The notes under the pieces: model-generated
The model's input: only the letters and a program-made list of their open reading frames with translations
What the model was told of the DNA's origin: nothing
The model's database searches: none
NCBI GenBank assembly: GCA_963734545.1
Contig: CAVTHO010000006.1
Coordinates: 256,001 to 320,000, forward strand
DNA: 64,000 nt
Reading direction: 5' to 3'
DNA from: an uncultured Spirochaetota bacterium
Lineage (GTDB): Bacteria; Spirochaetota; Spirochaetia; SZUA-6; Fen-1364
Position numbers and translations under genes: made by a program
Shown: piece by piece, positions 42,378 through 52,581 of the stretch
Layout of the letters: each line of letters opens with the position of its first letter
How positions within the stretch are numbered: position 1 is the stretch's first letter

Positions 42378-44425
42378 CCTGGTTTCTCCGCCTGCAGCCG
42401 GGCGAGCTCGTCCAGGGGAATGTGGCAGTAGATCCGGTGGTTGTTCCTTCCCTCGCGCCAGGGCGGGGTCTGGGTCTCGCAGATTTTGCCCAGCTTGCGC
42501 GGGCATCGCGTGTGGAACCGGCAGCCCGCGGGCACGTTCAGCGCGCTCGGTACGCTGCCTTCCAGGCGAAGGGGACGCTGCACGACGTCAGGGTCAGCCA
42601 CGGGGATGGCCGAGAGAAGGGCCTCCGTGTACGGGTGATAGGGCGGCGCGAAGACGTCCGAGGCATCGCCCCACTCCATCAGGGCGCCGAGATACATGAC
42701 CGCGATCCAATGGGAAAGGTGCTGCACGGCGGCCAGGTCGTGGGAAATGAAAAGGTAGGAGACGCCGTTCTTCTCCTGGAGCTCGGTGAGGAGATTGACG
42801 AGGGAAGCCTGGACGGACACGTCGAGCGACGAAAGCGGCTCGTCCAGGAGTATCAGCTCGGGTTCAGCGGCAAACGCACGCGCGATAGCCACCCTTTGTT
42901 TCTCGCCCCCGCTCAGCTCCTCGGGAAGACGATGAGAATAGCTCTCTGACAGGTTGACCGCCCGGAGGAGAGCGAGGACCCTGCTCTTGAGCTCCCCGCG
43001 CGGAACAGAGGAAAGAAGCAGGAGGGGGCGCCGGATGGCCCGGCCCACCGTGTGGCGCGGATTCAGGGAAGCCTCGGGATTCTGAAAGACCATCTGCAGC
43101 TTTTTCAGGATTGCCCTGGGGCGCTGCGCCACGCCGGCTTCGAGGCTCACACCGCCCAGCGTGATCTCCCCGCTGCTCTTCGGCGCAAGCCCGATGACGG
43201 CGCGCAGCATCGTGGTCTTTCCGCACCCGCTTTCCCCCACGACGCCGAGCGTGTTTCCCTGCCTGACCCAGAGCGTCACGCCGTCCACGGCTTTCACCGT
43301 CTTCTGCGCGCCCCCCGGGACTCCGAAGAGCCTTTCCGCGGCTGGATAGCTTTTTTTCAGGTCGTGGATCCGGAGCACCTCGCGCCGTTCTTCAGGATGC
43401 GGCGGGATGACCTGGGCGGCCCGGGCGTATTCCGCCGCCGTGGGCAGCTCGTTCCAGCGGAGACACGCGCTGAAATGGCCGGGCTGCACCTCGACCAGCG
43501 GCGGCCGCCGCAGCGTGCATTCCTCGCGGACAAAGGCGCATCGCGGGGCAAAGACGCATCCCCGGGGAAGCTCGTCCAGCCGCGGGATCATGCCGGGTAT
43601 GCTGGTGAGCAGGCGCTTTCCCGCATCGCGCTCGAAGCGCGGGACGCAGCCCAGCAGGCTCAGCGTGTAGGGATGAAGGGGGCGCGTGTAGAGGGTGCGC
43701 ATCTCCGCCTGCTCGCAGAACTCCCCCGCGTACATGACACCCACCCGGTCGCAGAGCTTGGAGACCACGGCAAGGTCATGGGTGATGTACAGTATCGAGG
43801 AATCGAACTGCTTCTTGAGACGCTGAACGAGGTCGAGGACGACAGCCTGCGTGGTCACGTCCAGCGCGGTTGTCGGCTCGTCCAGGATGAGGAGCTCCGG
43901 CTCGGTGATCAGCGCCATGGCGATGACGGAGCGCTGCAGCATGCCGCCGGAAAGCTGGTGAGGGTAGCGGCGGAGGACAGACTCGGGATCAGGCATCGCC
44001 ACCCGGGCCAGCATGTCCCGTGCCTTCCTGCCGGCCTCCTCCCGTGACAGCCCGAGGTGCCGCCGGGCCACTTCCGCAAGCTGCGCGCCGATCCTCATCG
44101 AAGGATTGAGCGCCGTGGACGGGTTCTGGTAGACCATGCCGATGCGGCTTCCCCAGATCCTCCGCATCCGCCGCCGGGACAATCCGGTGAGCTGCTCGTC
44201 CCGCAGCCGGGAGAAGCCCGCGGTGACCCGTCCGTTGCCGCTCAGGTAGCCGATGGCCCCCATGGCAAGCGTGGTCTTTCCCGATCCCGATTCACCGACG
44301 AGCCCGAAGCATTCTTTCTCCGCAATGGTCAGGGTCGCATCCCGCACAGCCCCCAGGAGCCCGGATTCCGTTTCGTACCCGATCGAGAGTCCCTGGGTGT
44401 GAAAAACAGGCGGGCGATCTGCCAC
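42374..44425 (-). CDS. Fused dual-NBD peptide ABC ATPase (DppD/F-like)
   Basis: Two Walker A motifs (GESGSGKT, GESGCGKT), LSGG signatures, HPYT and oligo_HPY Cys tails. Confidence 0.92.
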   Translation of the reverse strand: MADRPPVFHTQGLSIGYETESGLLGAVRDATLTIAEKECFGLVGESGSGKTTLAMGAIGYLSGNGRVTAGFSRLRDEQLTGLSRRRMRRIWGSRIGMVYQNPSTALNPSMRIGAQLAEVARRHLGLSREEAGRKARDMLARVAMPDPESVLRRYPHQLSGGMLQRSVIAMALITEPELLILDEPTTALDVTTQAVVLDLVQRLKKQFDSSILYITHDLAVVSKLCDRVGVMYAGEFCEQAEMRTLYTRPLHPYTLSLLGCVPRFERDAGKRLLTSIPGMIPRLDELPRGCVFAPRCAFVREECTLRRPPLVEVQPGHFSACLRWNELPTAAEYARAAQVIPPHPEERREVLRIHDLKKSYPAAERLFGVPGGAQKTVKAVDGVTLWVRQGNTLGVVGESGCGKTTMLRAVIGLAPKSSGEITLGGVSLEAGVAQRPRAILKKLQMVFQNPEASLNPRHTVGRAIRRPLLLLSSVPRGELKSRVLALLRAVNLSESYSHRLPEELSGGEKQRVAIARAFAAEPELILLDEPLSSLDVSVQASLVNLLTELQEKNGVSYLFISHDLAAVQHLSHWIAVMYLGALMEWGDASDVFAPPYHPYTEALLSAIPVADPDVVQRPLRLEGSVPSALNVPAGCRFHTRCPRKLGKICETQTPPWREGRNNHRIYCHIPLDELARLQAEKPG

Positions 44426-44430
44426 GACCG

Positions 44431-45297
44431 CTACCTCCCCGTTCCCGGCTGCAGGACCTGGCGCAGCCCGTCCGTCATCAGGTTGGTGGCCACCACGAGC
44501 AGGGATATGGCCCCGGCAGGAAAGAGAAGGATCCACGGCGCGGTGGAGAAGTAGCTTCGGGCCTCGTTGATCTGCAGGCCCCAGTCCGGGGACGGCGGCT
44601 GGACCCCCAGGCCGAGGAAGCCGAGCGAGGCCACGAGAAAGATCGAATAGGAGAAACGCACCGACATTTCCACCAGGAGAGGCGCCATTGCATTGGGGAG
44701 TATCTCCCGGAAGAGTATGACCGAGTCCCGCTCACCCCGGATCCTGGCCGCCTCCACGAACTCCTTTGTCTTGAGATCCAGCACCATGCTGCGCGCCAGG
44801 CGCGCGAGCATGGGCACGTAGAGGACCGTCACCACGAGGAGCAGGTTCAACACGGACGGGCCCACCGTGGCGAGCAGGAGCAGCGCGAAGAGCAGGGGCG
44901 GGAAGGAGAGCAGGACGTCCAGGATCCTCATGAGCGCTTCATCCCAGAGCCGCCCGTAGTAGCCGGACAGCAGGCCGATGCTCACGCCGATCAGGGCGGC
45001 GAGCAGGGTCCCGGTGCCGCTCAGAAGGAAAATGGTGCGGCTTCCTGCCAGGACCCGGCTGAAGATATCCCTTCCGTACTGGTCCGTGCCGAAGAGGTGC
45101 GCGGCGCCCGGCGGCATGAGCCGGGAGGCGATGTCCTGGGCCTGGAACTGGTACGGGGCCACCAGGCTCCCGAAAATCGCCATGAGGAGAAAGAAGAGAA
45201 ACACGATTGTCCCGGCGAGCGCGGCGGGGTTCCGTCGGAGCCTCTCCCAGGAGCGGAGGAGCACGCGGACCCGGCGGGAGCTTTCAGAGACTTTCAT
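44431..45297 (-). CDS. Peptide/nickel ABC permease (DppC-like)
   Basis: HLFGTDQYGRDIFSR, EFVEAAR, LGFLGLGVQPPSPDWG. Confidence 0.92.
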   Translation of the reverse strand: MKVSESSRRVRVLLRSWERLRRNPAALAGTIVFLFFLLMAIFGSLVAPYQFQAQDIASRLMPPGAAHLFGTDQYGRDIFSRVLAGSRTIFLLSGTGTLLAALIGVSIGLLSGYYGRLWDEALMRILDVLLSFPPLLFALLLLATVGPSVLNLLLVVTVLYVPMLARLARSMVLDLKTKEFVEAARIRGERDSVILFREILPNAMAPLLVEMSVRFSYSIFLVASLGFLGLGVQPPSPDWGLQINEARSYFSTAPWILLFPAGAISLLVVATNLMTDGLRQVLQPGTGR

Positions 45298-45298
45298 T

Positions 45299-45328
45299 GG
45301 AATACCCCCGACGGACCGGGGGTATTCC
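45299..45328. terminator. 12-bp stem-loop after the SBP gene
   Basis: GGAATACCCCCG-N6-CGGGGGTATTCC. Confidence 0.55.
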
Positions 45329-45351
45329 GATTCCACACGACCGGCAAACCG

Positions 45352-46878
45352 CTATTTCTTGAAGTATGCGTTCGTGAACCGGGTCCTGGCCCAGTCCGAT
45401 GCAAGGACGACGCCCTCGAGATTGGCGCTGAGCCCCGCCACCGCGTTCTCAAAATAGGTCACGATGATCGGCCCCCGGTCGATCAGGATCTGCTGCGCCT
45501 GCTTGTACAGCGCGGCGCGCTTTGCCTTGTTCATCTCCTTGTCCACCTTGGCAGTGAGCGCGTCGAACTCCGCATCCGACCAGTGGCTTTCGTTCCACTG
45601 ACTCTCGCTCGTGTAGGCGAGCTTGAAGTAGGTGACGGGCGTGGCCCGGGTGCCCCAGTCGGTGATGCCGAAATCGGCCTTCAGCCAGCTCTGGTCCCCT
45701 TCCCCGTAGTACACGTCGGAGGGAACGACCTGGATGTCGACATCCACGCCGATCTTCGCCATCTGTTCCTTCCACACCGTGGCCACGGGAACGACGTCAA
45801 GCGCGTTCTGCGCGGCCAGTGAGATCTTCAGCCCGTCCGGGTATCCGGCATCGGCAAGAAGCTTCTTCGCCTTTGCGAGGTCGAGCTTCGGGGGCTTGTT
45901 GAGGTAGTAGTCGGTGAACCCCGGCCCGACCGGCGTGAAGCCATTGCCCACGGACGCGAGGCCCGGGCGCACCGCGTTGATCAGCGCCTGGTGGTCCGTG
46001 GCCAGCTTCAGGGCCTGGCGCACGCGATTGTCCGCCGCGGGGTGGCCCGCATCCGAGCGCATGTGCAGGACCCAGTGCATATTGGAGTTGTTGGTGATGA
46101 TCTTCGTGCCGCTGTCCGCCTTCACGGCGTCCGCGAACTGCGTGCTCAAGCCGGGCACGTAGTTGAGCTGGTTCCCGCGCAGGGCTTCCACCTGTCCGCC
46201 CAGGTCAGGGGAGAAGATCATGTCGATCTCATCCAGGTAGGGCAGGGCGATTCCGTTCGCGTCCTTCTGCCTGAAGTAGGGGTTCTTTTTCAGCACGAGC
46301 CTGTCTTCGGGAGAATAGGAGGCGATCATGAACGCCCCGCTTCCCACCCTCTCTTTGCCGGGCTCCGTGCTGCCGCTGGGAATGATGCACGCATGATAGT
46401 CCCCCACGTCGCTGGCGAACTCGGGATTTGTGTCCGCAAGGGTGAACTGCACGCGTGTTGCGTCGAGGCCCTTGATATCCTGGATGCCCTTGAAGAGGCT
46501 TGCCGCGGGGCTGCCCACCTTGGGGTCCCGCAGACGGTTGAAGCTGAAGATCACGTCATCCACGGTGACAGGCTTCCCGTTGTTGAATCGGGCGCCGCTC
46601 TGCAGGGTGAAGATCCACACCTTGCCGTCGGCCGACTGCCACTTTGTGGCGAGGTCCGGCACCGGCCTGTTATTCGGATCGATGAATGTCAGGTGCTGGT
46701 ACACCTGCTCCAGGACCGTGATATCGGCGATGGACGTCGCGAAGTGCGGGTCCAGGTTGCCGATGGGCTGGCTTCCCACCTTCAGGATGCCCCCGGGCAC
46801 CGCGGGCGCGGCCCAGAGGGAGGTCACCGAGAAGAGGAGAACCGTGATCAAGAATCCGGGAAATACCTTCCGTGCCAT
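45352..46878 (-). CDS. Peptide/nickel ABC substrate-binding protein (family 5)
   Basis: Signal peptide, LDPH, PDLATKW, DDVIFSFNR, KAKKLLADAGYPDG. Confidence 0.92.
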   Translation of the reverse strand: MARKVFPGFLITVLLFSVTSLWAAPAVPGGILKVGSQPIGNLDPHFATSIADITVLEQVYQHLTFIDPNNRPVPDLATKWQSADGKVWIFTLQSGARFNNGKPVTVDDVIFSFNRLRDPKVGSPAASLFKGIQDIKGLDATRVQFTLADTNPEFASDVGDYHACIIPSGSTEPGKERVGSGAFMIASYSPEDRLVLKKNPYFRQKDANGIALPYLDEIDMIFSPDLGGQVEALRGNQLNYVPGLSTQFADAVKADSGTKIITNNSNMHWVLHMRSDAGHPAADNRVRQALKLATDHQALINAVRPGLASVGNGFTPVGPGFTDYYLNKPPKLDLAKAKKLLADAGYPDGLKISLAAQNALDVVPVATVWKEQMAKIGVDVDIQVVPSDVYYGEGDQSWLKADFGITDWGTRATPVTYFKLAYTSESQWNESHWSDAEFDALTAKVDKEMNKAKRAALYKQAQQILIDRGPIIVTYFENAVAGLSANLEGVVLASDWARTRFTNAYFKK

Positions 46879-47004
46879 GAAGACGCCTCCTTCTTTGCCA
46901 CAATAGTAGCCATGAACACTTTCCTAATGCAAGGGAAAGCGCCGCGAGGAGGCCCGAGTGACTCATCCGCCCATGCAGTGATAGAATGAAGGAAAGGGGA
47001 TATC

Positions 47005-49157
47005 GTGCCGGAGGACGCAAGGATCGTATCGGGGCACTGCGGACTCTGCCCGTCCGGGTGCGCCGTCCGGATTTCGGTGGAAGGCAACCGGATCGGCAAA
47101 GTCGTGCCGCAGAAGCGCCGCCCGGATGCGGTGAGCTGCGCCCGGGTCAGCCATGCGGCCGACATCGTGCATGCGCCGGACCGGCTCCTGTATCCGCTGA
47201 AAAGGGCGGGCGCCCGGGGGAAAACCGTTTCGTGCGGATAAGCTGGGCAGAGGCCCTCGACACGATTGCCGTCGGGCTTCAGGATGTTGCGCGCCGGCAG
47301 GGCCCGCAGGCGGTCTGCATGTACACGGGCCGCGGAACATTCGAGAGGTCGCTCTGGGAGATGCTTGCCCCTGCCGGTGTGCGTGAAACGAGCGCCTGGA
47401 GCCTGCTCTTTCCGTTCGGCTCGCCCAACACGACCGGGGCCGGTTCCAACTGCTACGTGAGCCACGCGGTCCTCGCCCCTGCCGTCACGTTCGGCGTCTG
47501 GTGGGCGGACACGCTGCCTGATCTGGAAAACTCCCGGCTCATCGTGGTCTGGGGCACGAACCCCGCCAATGCCTCCCCTCCCGTGCTGATGCGCCGGATC
47601 GAAAAGGCCGTGCAGCGGGGGGCCAGGGTCGTGGTGATCGATCATCGACGCACCGAAACCGCCCGGCGCACCGGCGCGCAGTGGCTCGCAATCCGGCCCG
47701 GCACGGACGGCGCGCTGGCGCTTTCCATGATCCACGTGCTCATTGAAGAGGGGCTGCACGATCGGGAGTTCGCGGAGCGCTGGACCGTGGGCTTCGACGA
47801 GCTTCGAGCTTATGTCGCCGGCTTTCCGCCTGAAAAGGCCGAAGAGATGACCGGCATTCCTGCAGAGACCATCCGCGAGACGGCAAGGGCCATTGCGGCC
47901 TCCGGCGGCGCCGCCCTTCTTTCCTATACCGGGCTGGAATACACGAACAGCGGCGTGCAGAACATACGCGCGGTCAAGATACTCTGGAGCCTGTCAGGCA
48001 ACCTCGATGTCCCGGGCGGGAATCTCATCAAGATGCCGGACACTGATTTCAAGGTGAATACCGGCCATCGCCTCGAGCCGCCATCCGGCGTCGATCCGAT
48101 CGGGAAGAGCAAGTATCCCCTCTACCATCTTTTCAGAAAAGAAGCCCATGCAATGGAGCTGCCCACGGGCAATCCTCCACGATGACCCGTACCCGGTGCG
48201 CGCAATGCTGGTGTGGGGCGCGTCGATCATCACCGGCTATCCCAACCCCGGCCTGTGGCGGCGCGCTTTCTCCGCGCTCGACTTTCTTCTCGTGGTGGAC
48301 CGTTTTCCCACAGAGGACTCGCGCTACGCGGACATCATCCTGCCCGCTGCCACGTCCTTCGAGGAGGATTCCTACCTCATCTCGGGCCGCCGCGTGGAGC
48401 TGCGCCGCAAGGTCATCGAGCCGCAGGGGGAATCGCGGAGCGACTGGGACATCGTCGCGGCGATTGCCGGCAGGCTCGGATACGGTCACCTCTTCCCGCG
48501 CTCGTCCCGGGAAATGCTGCGCTGGGCGTTCGAGGGAACAGAGATCGACCTGGAGGAGCTGGAGAAGACCGGAGAGGTATCGCTCCCGGTTTCTCCCATG
48601 CGCTACCGCAAGTGGGAATCCGGACTCCTGCGCCGGGACGGGAAGCCCGGGTTCGACACGCCGTCCGGCAAGCTCGAGATTGCCTCGAGCATCCTGAAAG
48701 AAAACGGATACGACCCCCTGCCCGGTCTATGCACCGCCCCGGGAAGGGCCTTCGGCGGCCCCCGGGCTTTCCCGGGAGTTTCCCCTCGTGTTCAATTCAG
48801 GCTCGCGCAACAAGACTTTCTTCAACTCCCAGCACCACAACATCGCGCGCCTCGCCGCGCAGAGACCCAATCCCCAGGCGTGGATGAATCCGCGCGATGC
48901 GCGCCCTCGCGGCATTGCGAGCGGCGATGCCGTGGACGTGGTGACCCCGAGAGGCCGTGTCCGATTCGAGGCTTTTGTCACGGAGGATATCGCTCCGGGA
49001 GCCGTGGAGGTGGACGCATCCGGCGGCGGCCCGCTGGGACCCCGGTCCTGGAGGGAAGCCAATGTGAACGAGCTGACGGACAGCGAGAATCGGGACCCGC
49101 TCTCCGGTTTCCCGGTTTACAAAGCGCTGCTCTGCGACGTGCGCAAATCCAGTCTAG
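47005..49157 (+). CDS. Mo/W-bisPGD oxidoreductase catalytic subunit (frameshifts; end approximate)
   Basis: CGLCPSGC..C Fe-S motif, DRLLYPLKR, WGTNP, IRPGTDGAL, ADIILPAAT, TPSGKLE, DPLSGFP; no Tat signal seen. Confidence 0.85.
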
Positions 49158-50572
49158 AGCCCGAGCACCTTTTCCACTTCCCGGGCCATCTTGTCCGGGA
49201 GGGGCGTGCCCGGGTGGCTGTCCATGAGGGCCAGCGTCTTGTCCCTCACCCTGGCGTGAAGGTCTTTCGAGCCCGAGGATTGCCAGCCGTCAAAACGCTG
49301 CCGGTCGAAAAGCGTCGGCTGCCAGAACTCACGGAAATGATTCAGCGTGTGATCCTCGCCCAGAAAGTTTCCTCCCGGGCCCACGGCGTGCACGACATCC
49401 AGGGCAAGGGACTCCTCATCGATGGAGAACCCGCGGGCGAAATGCCTCATCATGCCGATCATGTCCGCCGTGAATACCATCATCTCCGGCGAGGTGATGA
49501 GCCCCGCCTCCAGGTATCCCACGTCATGGACGAGGTTCGTTCCGCCCAGCATGGCGGTCTGGACCGAAAAGACGGCGTCCGCCGCGGCCTGCTCGTCGAA
49601 CAGGATTCCGTCCGTGTGCCCCGCATAGCCCCAGCTCGGCAGGCCGTAGTACCGGCCCATGCACGCCACCGCGACCCGCGCAAGCTGGAACTCGGGAGCC
49701 CCGTACACGCTGATGGACGTTTTCATGTCCAGGTGGTGCAGACCGCTTCCATAGAGAAAGGGCGCGCCGGCGCGTTTCATCTGCTGAATGACCAGGCTGC
49801 TCAGCACTTCGGCGTTTCCCAGGGCGAGCCCTCCCGCGAGCGTCACGGGCGCCGTGCTGCCCATCATGGGGGCAGGTGAATGCACGACGGGCAGGCCCTG
49901 CTCCGCCATGTAGAGGAGCTTCTCGGTGGCGGTGCGGCTGTGCTGCAGCGGCGTGGTGGGCTCCGAGTACAGCAGCAGCGTGGGGTTGAGCCTCAGCTTC
50001 TCCATCCCGCCTGCCACCATGGCCGCGGCCTCCGCAATGGCGCGGCAGTCCGACTCGTCGTCGCACACGAAGACAACGGGTTTCACGCTGTTCTCTATGA
50101 GGGTGGCATACTGCCTGCGGTAGGTGCGGCCGGTGAAATCCCGCGGTATGCCCATGGACATGAGGAATGAAAGCTCGGGAAGAGCGTCGACCAGGCGCGC
50201 GCAGGCCTTCAGGTCCGCGAGGGTGAACGGCCGCCGCTCCCCGGTGCGGGGATCCAGGTAGTTGGGACAATCGGAACCGGGACCAAAGCTCGTCTCACCG
50301 GGGCGCAGCGCCACGGTGGCCCTGTCCGTGCCGCGCTCACAGAGGGCGATCTCGGAGGGGGCCTGCTTCAGGGCCCACTCGGCAAGTCCGGGTGGAATGC
50401 GCACCAGGTTGCCGTCGGTCACGGGGCAGCCGGAGTCGCGAAGCAGCGCAAGTGCTTCCTCGTGGTGCACCCGGACACCAGTCCGTCTCAAGATCTCGAG
50501 GGAGGCGTGGTGAATCATGTCGCACTGGGCCCGGTCCATGAGCTGAAGGGAGGGAATTGCGCGTGAAGTCAT
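49154..50572 (-). CDS. MttB superfamily (non-pyrrolysine) corrinoid methyltransferase
   Basis: IHHASLEIL, APVTLAG, GAPEFQ, DEQA, GYLEAG, VGPGGNFL...HT; no in-frame TAG. Confidence 0.88.
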   Translation of the reverse strand: MTSRAIPSLQLMDRAQCDMIHHASLEILRRTGVRVHHEEALALLRDSGCPVTDGNLVRIPPGLAEWALKQAPSEIALCERGTDRATVALRPGETSFGPGSDCPNYLDPRTGERRPFTLADLKACARLVDALPELSFLMSMGIPRDFTGRTYRRQYATLIENSVKPVVFVCDDESDCRAIAEAAAMVAGGMEKLRLNPTLLLYSEPTTPLQHSRTATEKLLYMAEQGLPVVHSPAPMMGSTAPVTLAGGLALGNAEVLSSLVIQQMKRAGAPFLYGSGLHHLDMKTSISVYGAPEFQLARVAVACMGRYYGLPSWGYAGHTDGILFDEQAAADAVFSVQTAMLGGTNLVHDVGYLEAGLITSPEMMVFTADMIGMMRHFARGFSIDEESLALDVVHAVGPGGNFLGEDHTLNHFREFWQPTLFDRQRFDGWQSSGSKDLHARVRDKTLALMDSHPGTPLPDKMAREVEKVLGL

Positions 50573-50647
50573 GCCTTACGTATAGGCCGCGCGCCGCCCG
50601 CTGTCAAGAAAATGGCATGGGGGGTAGTGTCCTGACTTGAAAAGTCT

Positions 50648-51277
50648 TCAGGAATTCCTGTAGTCGATTGGATCCAGGCAATCATCATATTGCGCTCGGC
50701 TGATCTTGATCCAGTCAGTCCCGTCGATGCCTCTTGAGTTTTGCGTCCCCGGTCCGACCGGATATGCGCAAGCTGTCCCGATCCATTGGCCTTGCATCTT
50801 TGAAATGGTTTTCACTTCTTTGACAGCTTCGCTCAGATCTTGGTCTTGGCTAAATATAAGAGCAACATCATATGCATTGGCCAGAGCCAAGCGCACGATG
50901 TCCAGAGCAATTCGAACATCTACGCCCTTCTCTTGGCCAATGCGAGCCACCGTTGTACTGCCATCGGGCAAGAGGATTGTCCTTGGACGGTATCTAAGTG
51001 GGCGAGTGAATGAACGAATGCCCCGAGTGCCCATAACCGCAAGCTTCTTTGACCAAAACTTATGCCAATCAGGTTTTTCAACGGACCCAGGAATCCCGGT
51101 GTAGAAATAGATGCCTGATATCGTCCAGCCCTTTGCCTTGCACACTAGTTCCGTTAGCAGCTTTGGGTCATAGTTTGGGAAAGCGTACCCAAATGCTTCC
51201 TTTGCCTGATAGAAAAGGTTTTGGCCGTCAAAAAAGGCAACAACTCTTTTTATTGTTGGTTCGGTTGGCACTCTCAA
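50648..51277 (-). CDS. NYN domain (LabA/DUF88, PIN-fold) ribonuclease; low GC; probable GTG start at 51271
   Basis: FFDGQNL, QEKGVDVRIALD, FSQDQDL acidic catalytic motifs. Confidence 0.9.
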   Translation of the reverse strand: MRVPTEPTIKRVVAFFDGQNLFYQAKEAFGYAFPNYDPKLLTELVCKAKGWTISGIYFYTGIPGSVEKPDWHKFWSKKLAVMGTRGIRSFTRPLRYRPRTILLPDGSTTVARIGQEKGVDVRIALDIVRLALANAYDVALIFSQDQDLSEAVKEVKTISKMQGQWIGTACAYPVGPGTQNSRGIDGTDWIKISRAQYDDCLDPIDYRNS

Positions 51278-51285
51278 TACCTTTG

Positions 51286-51350
51286 AAAATAAAAAACCCC
51301 ACCGGAGGCCCGAAGGCTGATCCAGCGGGGATCAGATTCCTAACGAATCT
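51286..51350 (-). ncRNA. Structured leader or small RNA ending in an intrinsic terminator upstream of the NYN gene
   Basis: AGAUUC-GUUAG-GAAUCU hairpin, then CCCCGCUGGA..GCC(UUCG)GGC..UCCGGUGGGG-U6; alternative stem CUGAUCC/GGAUCAG. Confidence 0.6.
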
Positions 51351-51356
51351 ATTGGT

Positions 51357-51385
51357 ACTTTAGCTCCATAGAATCCCGGTGTCAA
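51357..51385 (-). promoter_or_regulatory. Sigma70-type promoter for the leader RNA and NYN gene
   Basis: TTGACA-N17-TAAAGT on the minus strand. Confidence 0.75.
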
Positions 51386-51582
51386 CAAAAAGATCGGAAA
51401 ATCTACGAAAAGAATCAATACTAGAAATATTTAATATCTCTATTATGAATCAGCCTTCCCAAACAGGCGTTCCCTTATAGTGCTCGTCAATATGAACGGA
51501 GCGAAGCCAGGGGCCGCGGGACGACCTACTTGACCGCCGCACGGCGAAGGTTATTTTAGTGTCTGGAAGAAGGAGAGCGAAA

Positions 51583-52573
51583 ATGAAGCCGGTCGTCTGG
51601 GGCATACTTTCCGTATCAACGCACTACAGGCTGCGCGTGCACACGTTTCTGAAGAAATCTCCGCTCGTGGATATCCGCGGCATCGCCTCACGCTCGAGGG
51701 AAAGGGCAAGCGAGGCGGCACGCGATCTCGGGCTCCAGAAGGCGTATGGGTCCTACGAGGAGCTGCTGGCGGATCGGGAGATCGAGGCCGTCTATATCCC
51801 GCTTCCCAACCACATGCACGCGGAGTGGGTGAAAAAGGCGGCGGACGCGGGCAAGCACGTCCTCTGCGAGAAGCCCTTTGCCATGGACGCGAAGGAAGCG
51901 GAACAGGCCATCCGGCACGCCGAGCGCAAGGGAGTGCTCGTGATGGAGGCTTTCATGTACCGGTTCCATCCCCAGTGGAAGAGGGCGCGGGAGATCGTCC
52001 GGGCCGGTGAGATCGGGGAAGTGCAATCGGTGAACACGATCTTCTCCTACATGCTGACAGATCCGTCCAACATCAGGAACGTCCTTGCCGCGGGCGGCGG
52101 AGCCATCCCTGACATCGGCTGCTATGCCGTCTCCAGCGCGCGCTTCCTGGTGGGCCGGGAGCCTGTCCGGGTGGTCAGCCTCGTGCATCGCGACCCGAAG
52201 CTCAAGACCGACATCCTCACCTCCGGGATCCTGGATTTCGGCAAGGCGCGCTGTGTCTTCACGATCGGCACGCAGAGCTTCCCCTGGCAGCGCGTGGATG
52301 TCCTGGGCTCCGGCGGCGAGCTTTCCGTGCATCATCCCCTTCAATGCCTTCCCCGACGTGCCCATGCAGGTGAGCGTCACCACGGGGGTCGGCCCGAGGA
52401 ACTACCTCTCTCCCCCGTCCGATCAGTACGTGGAAATGTTCGAGCCTTTCTCCCGTGCAGTACGGGAAGGCGGTCCCGCGCCCACGCCGCCGCAGGATGC
52501 GATTGACAACATGAAGGTGCTGGACGCGTTGTTCCGCTCGGAGAAATCCGGGACCTGGGAGCAGGTAGGGTAG
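51583..52573 (+). CDS. Gfo/Idh/MocA family oxidoreductase (frameshift near 52335)
   Basis: YIPLPNHMH, GKHVLCEKP, EAFMYRFHPQW, DIGCY. Confidence 0.9.
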
Positions 52574-52581
52574 GCCGCGCA

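Noticed and set aside
49157-49879. Long C-terminal extension of the Mo-enzyme overlapping mttB
   Set aside because: Homology ends at ALLCDVRK; the extension is antisense read-through, probably from an indel near the stop.
49154-50572. Pyrrolysine-containing MttB
   Set aside because: The ORF is open with no in-frame TAG, and no pyl genes are seen.
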